Shown here: piece after piece, positions 60,375-64,000 of the stretch
Layout: the number at the start of each line of letters is the position of its first letter
How positions within the stretch are numbered: the stretch's first letter is position 1
Source: Dictyostelium discoideum
Lineage: Eukaryota
DNA: 64,000 nt
Assembly: GCA_000004695.1 (NCBI GenBank)
Contig: CM000154.2
Location: 1,600,001 to 1,664,000, forward strand
Reading direction: 5' to 3'
The notes under the pieces: model-generated
What the model was told of the DNA's origin: nothing
Seen by the model: only the letters and a program-made list of their open reading frames with translations
Databases searched by the model: none
Position numbers and translations under genes: made by a program

Positions 60375-60657
60375 TTTCGTTTTATTAATATTACATACAC
60401 ACCCAATTGTGAAACGAATTGGAAAAAAAAAAAAAAAAAAAAGTAAAAAAAAAAAAAAAGAAAAAAAAAAAAAAATCAAAAAAAAAATCAAAAAAAATCA
60501 AAAATAATTAAAATATTTGACCTCATAAATAAAAATCTTTCTAATTTAAAATATTTGAAATTTCTATTATTTCTTCAAAACCACACATTTTTAATTTTAA
60601 TTTTTTTTTTTTTTTTTTTTTTTTTATGCTTATTTTAAATAGTGTTTGCAATATGTA

Positions 60658-60688
<31 letters not shown>

Positions 60689-60755
60689 AGTAATTAAAAA
60701 CCTTTTTTTTTTTTTTTTTTTTTTTTTTCAAAACCCAGGATTAATTAATTTCATT

Positions 60756-61907
60756 TTAGGTTTGTGTTTTTTTTTCTTTATAATTTTTCCAAACAATTAA
60801 TGATATTAAAAAAGTTATAATAAAAATTAATCCATTTAATGCATATGTTGCTTGAGGATAATAAATTCTATTACCTGAATTTGCTGTGAAATATGAATAA
60901 ATATTTTCGAAAATTAAAGAAGCCAAAAAAGTTGCCATTGATCCAATTGCCTGAGTACCTGTTATAATAGTACCTTGTAAATTATATGGTATAGAATTTG
61001 AAACAATTGATTGAATTAATGATAAATTATTTGTACCATTTGCATTTAAAGCACTACCTAAAATCCATAGATATTTACTATATCCTGAAAATACCAAAGA
61101 TATATGTGCAATTATTCCAACATTAATACCAATTGATACAGTTTTTCTAGGTGCTTTAGTTATTATTATTATTAAAATAAAATTATTAGTTTATTGTTTT
61201 AATTATTATTTAATTTTTTTTTTTTTTTTTTTTCCCCACTTACAAAAATATTTTAATAAAATTGGAATAATTAAAACACCCCAAATTATAATGAAAACAC
61301 CTTGACTACCTAAATAAAGACCATTTTCTTTTGAACCCCAATTATACATCAATTCTGAATAAAAATAATAACTTGTATTTACATCCTCTGATGAAAAACT
61401 CATTAAAACATAAATTAAAATTACAAATGATATAAAAGGTGAATTTGAAAATAAATTTTTAATCAATTTAAATGGATTTAATGTTTGATTATTAGAATTA
61501 TTTGTATTAATTTTTTTTTCAAGTTTTGCATTTTCAGTACTTTCTTTTAGAAATGGTATAATTGAAATACATAAAATCATTAATCCACCTGCTACTAACA
61601 AAATAATATATGATGATGACGATGATGATAATGATAATGATGATAATCCAATGAAAATTAAAGGACCTGTTATAACACCAATTCCAATAGATGCACCTAA
61701 TAATGAGTATAATAATGGTAATTGATCTTCTTCCGATAAATCTTTAAGGAATGAAAATATTGCAGCAGCCGCTGCATTACTAATTCCAGCAAAGGTATGA
61801 GAAACATAAAAAAAATATAAACAATTTGTTTTTACTGTTATAATACATGCTACCACATCTAATATTGACGATCCAATACCTATATACATAATTGGTTTTC
61901 TACCATA

Positions 61908-61940
<33 letters not shown>

Positions 61941-62346
61941 TAAATAATTTATATTTTTGTCATATTGATATCCTTCAGATTTATAAAATTACAAGAAAAA
62001 TTATGATAACTTACTTATCTGATAAATTTCCAAGTAAAGGTCCAAATAAGAAATAAGTAGCATATGGGAGAGAATCTGAATATGATTTATAATAACTAGC
62101 TTTTGATTGAGTTTCAAATATTGATAAATTTGGGAAATTATAATTTACATAGTTTAAAAATATATTTGGTATTTCAATTGAAAAAACATAATCAGACATT
62201 ACAGCCAATGTATAAAATAAATAAATTAATAATAATTGTTTAAAATATTTATGGTGTCTTAAAGAACTTTTTACTTTTATTTCATCATCAACACCATTTT
62301 TATTTAGTAATGGTTCTTTTGAAGATTCTTCATCATTTATTAACAT
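60756..62346 (-). CDS. Major facilitator superfamily transporter. complement(join(60756..61153,61244..61908,62015..62346))
   Basis: Twelve-ish hydrophobic helices. MFS signature loop GPLLGNLSD|KYGRKPIM spans intron 1 (GTAAGT..AAAG). Second intron GTAAGT..AAAG. ATG at 62346. Confidence 0.8.
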
Positions 62347-62583
62347 TATTTTTTTTTTTTTTATGAAAGACTTTATTTAAAAAAAGATTTAATAAAAAAA
62401 AAAATTAAAAAAAATTTAATAAAAAAAATATAAAAATAACCAATCAAAAAAAATAGTAGTTTGGATATTTTTATAAAAAAAAATAAAAAAAAAATATATT
62501 TCAGATATTTTTTAAAAAAAAAATCTTGGTAAATTTACAATTTTGTAAAAAAATTAAAAAAAAAAAAAAGAAACATATATCGG

Positions 62584-64000
<1,417 letters not shown>

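Overview
This 64 kb window is nuclear genomic DNA from a social amoeba (Dictyostelium discoideum-like), not prokaryotic. The evidence is extreme AT-richness, pervasive (AAT)n/(ATT)n/(CAA)n microsatellites encoding poly-Asn/poly-Gln tracts inside ORFs, short AT-rich GT..AG introns, and AT-only intergenic regions. I resolve about 27 protein-coding genes on both strands, most with one to three short introns. They include:
- An RFT1 flippase homologue.
- GTP cyclohydrolase I.
- A DUF1348 protein.
- A SET/MYND methyltransferase.
- The DEAD-box helicase DDX42.
- A 1246-aa orphan protein.
- PI4-kinase beta.
- Phosphoglucomutase.
- A tandem triplet of arylamine N-acetyltransferase paralogues.
- An ankyrin/PH protein.
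- Two paralogous secreted Cys-motif proteins.
- ALKBH6.
- An APH/CHK-like kinase.
- An aldehyde dehydrogenase.
- An EGF/PSI multi-pass membrane protein.
- An AGPAT acyltransferase.
- An ankyrin-RING E3 ligase.
- A coiled-coil protein.
- A CBS-domain protein.
- A ~1900-aa discoidin/LamG adhesion-like protein.
- A monoamine oxidase.
- An MFS transporter.
- A polyQ protein truncated at the window end.

The supplied ORF track treats TTG/GTG as starts and reads through introns, so I re-derived true ATG starts and splice junctions by eye. There are three N-gaps with low-quality flanks. I found no rRNA, tRNA, CRISPR array or prokaryotic defence system. The most notable content is the three-gene N-acetyltransferase array, two bacterial-type single-exon genes (DUF1348, APH-like) that are HGT candidates, a new paralogous pair of secreted Cys-motif proteins, and several repeat or regulatory oddities in intergenic regions.
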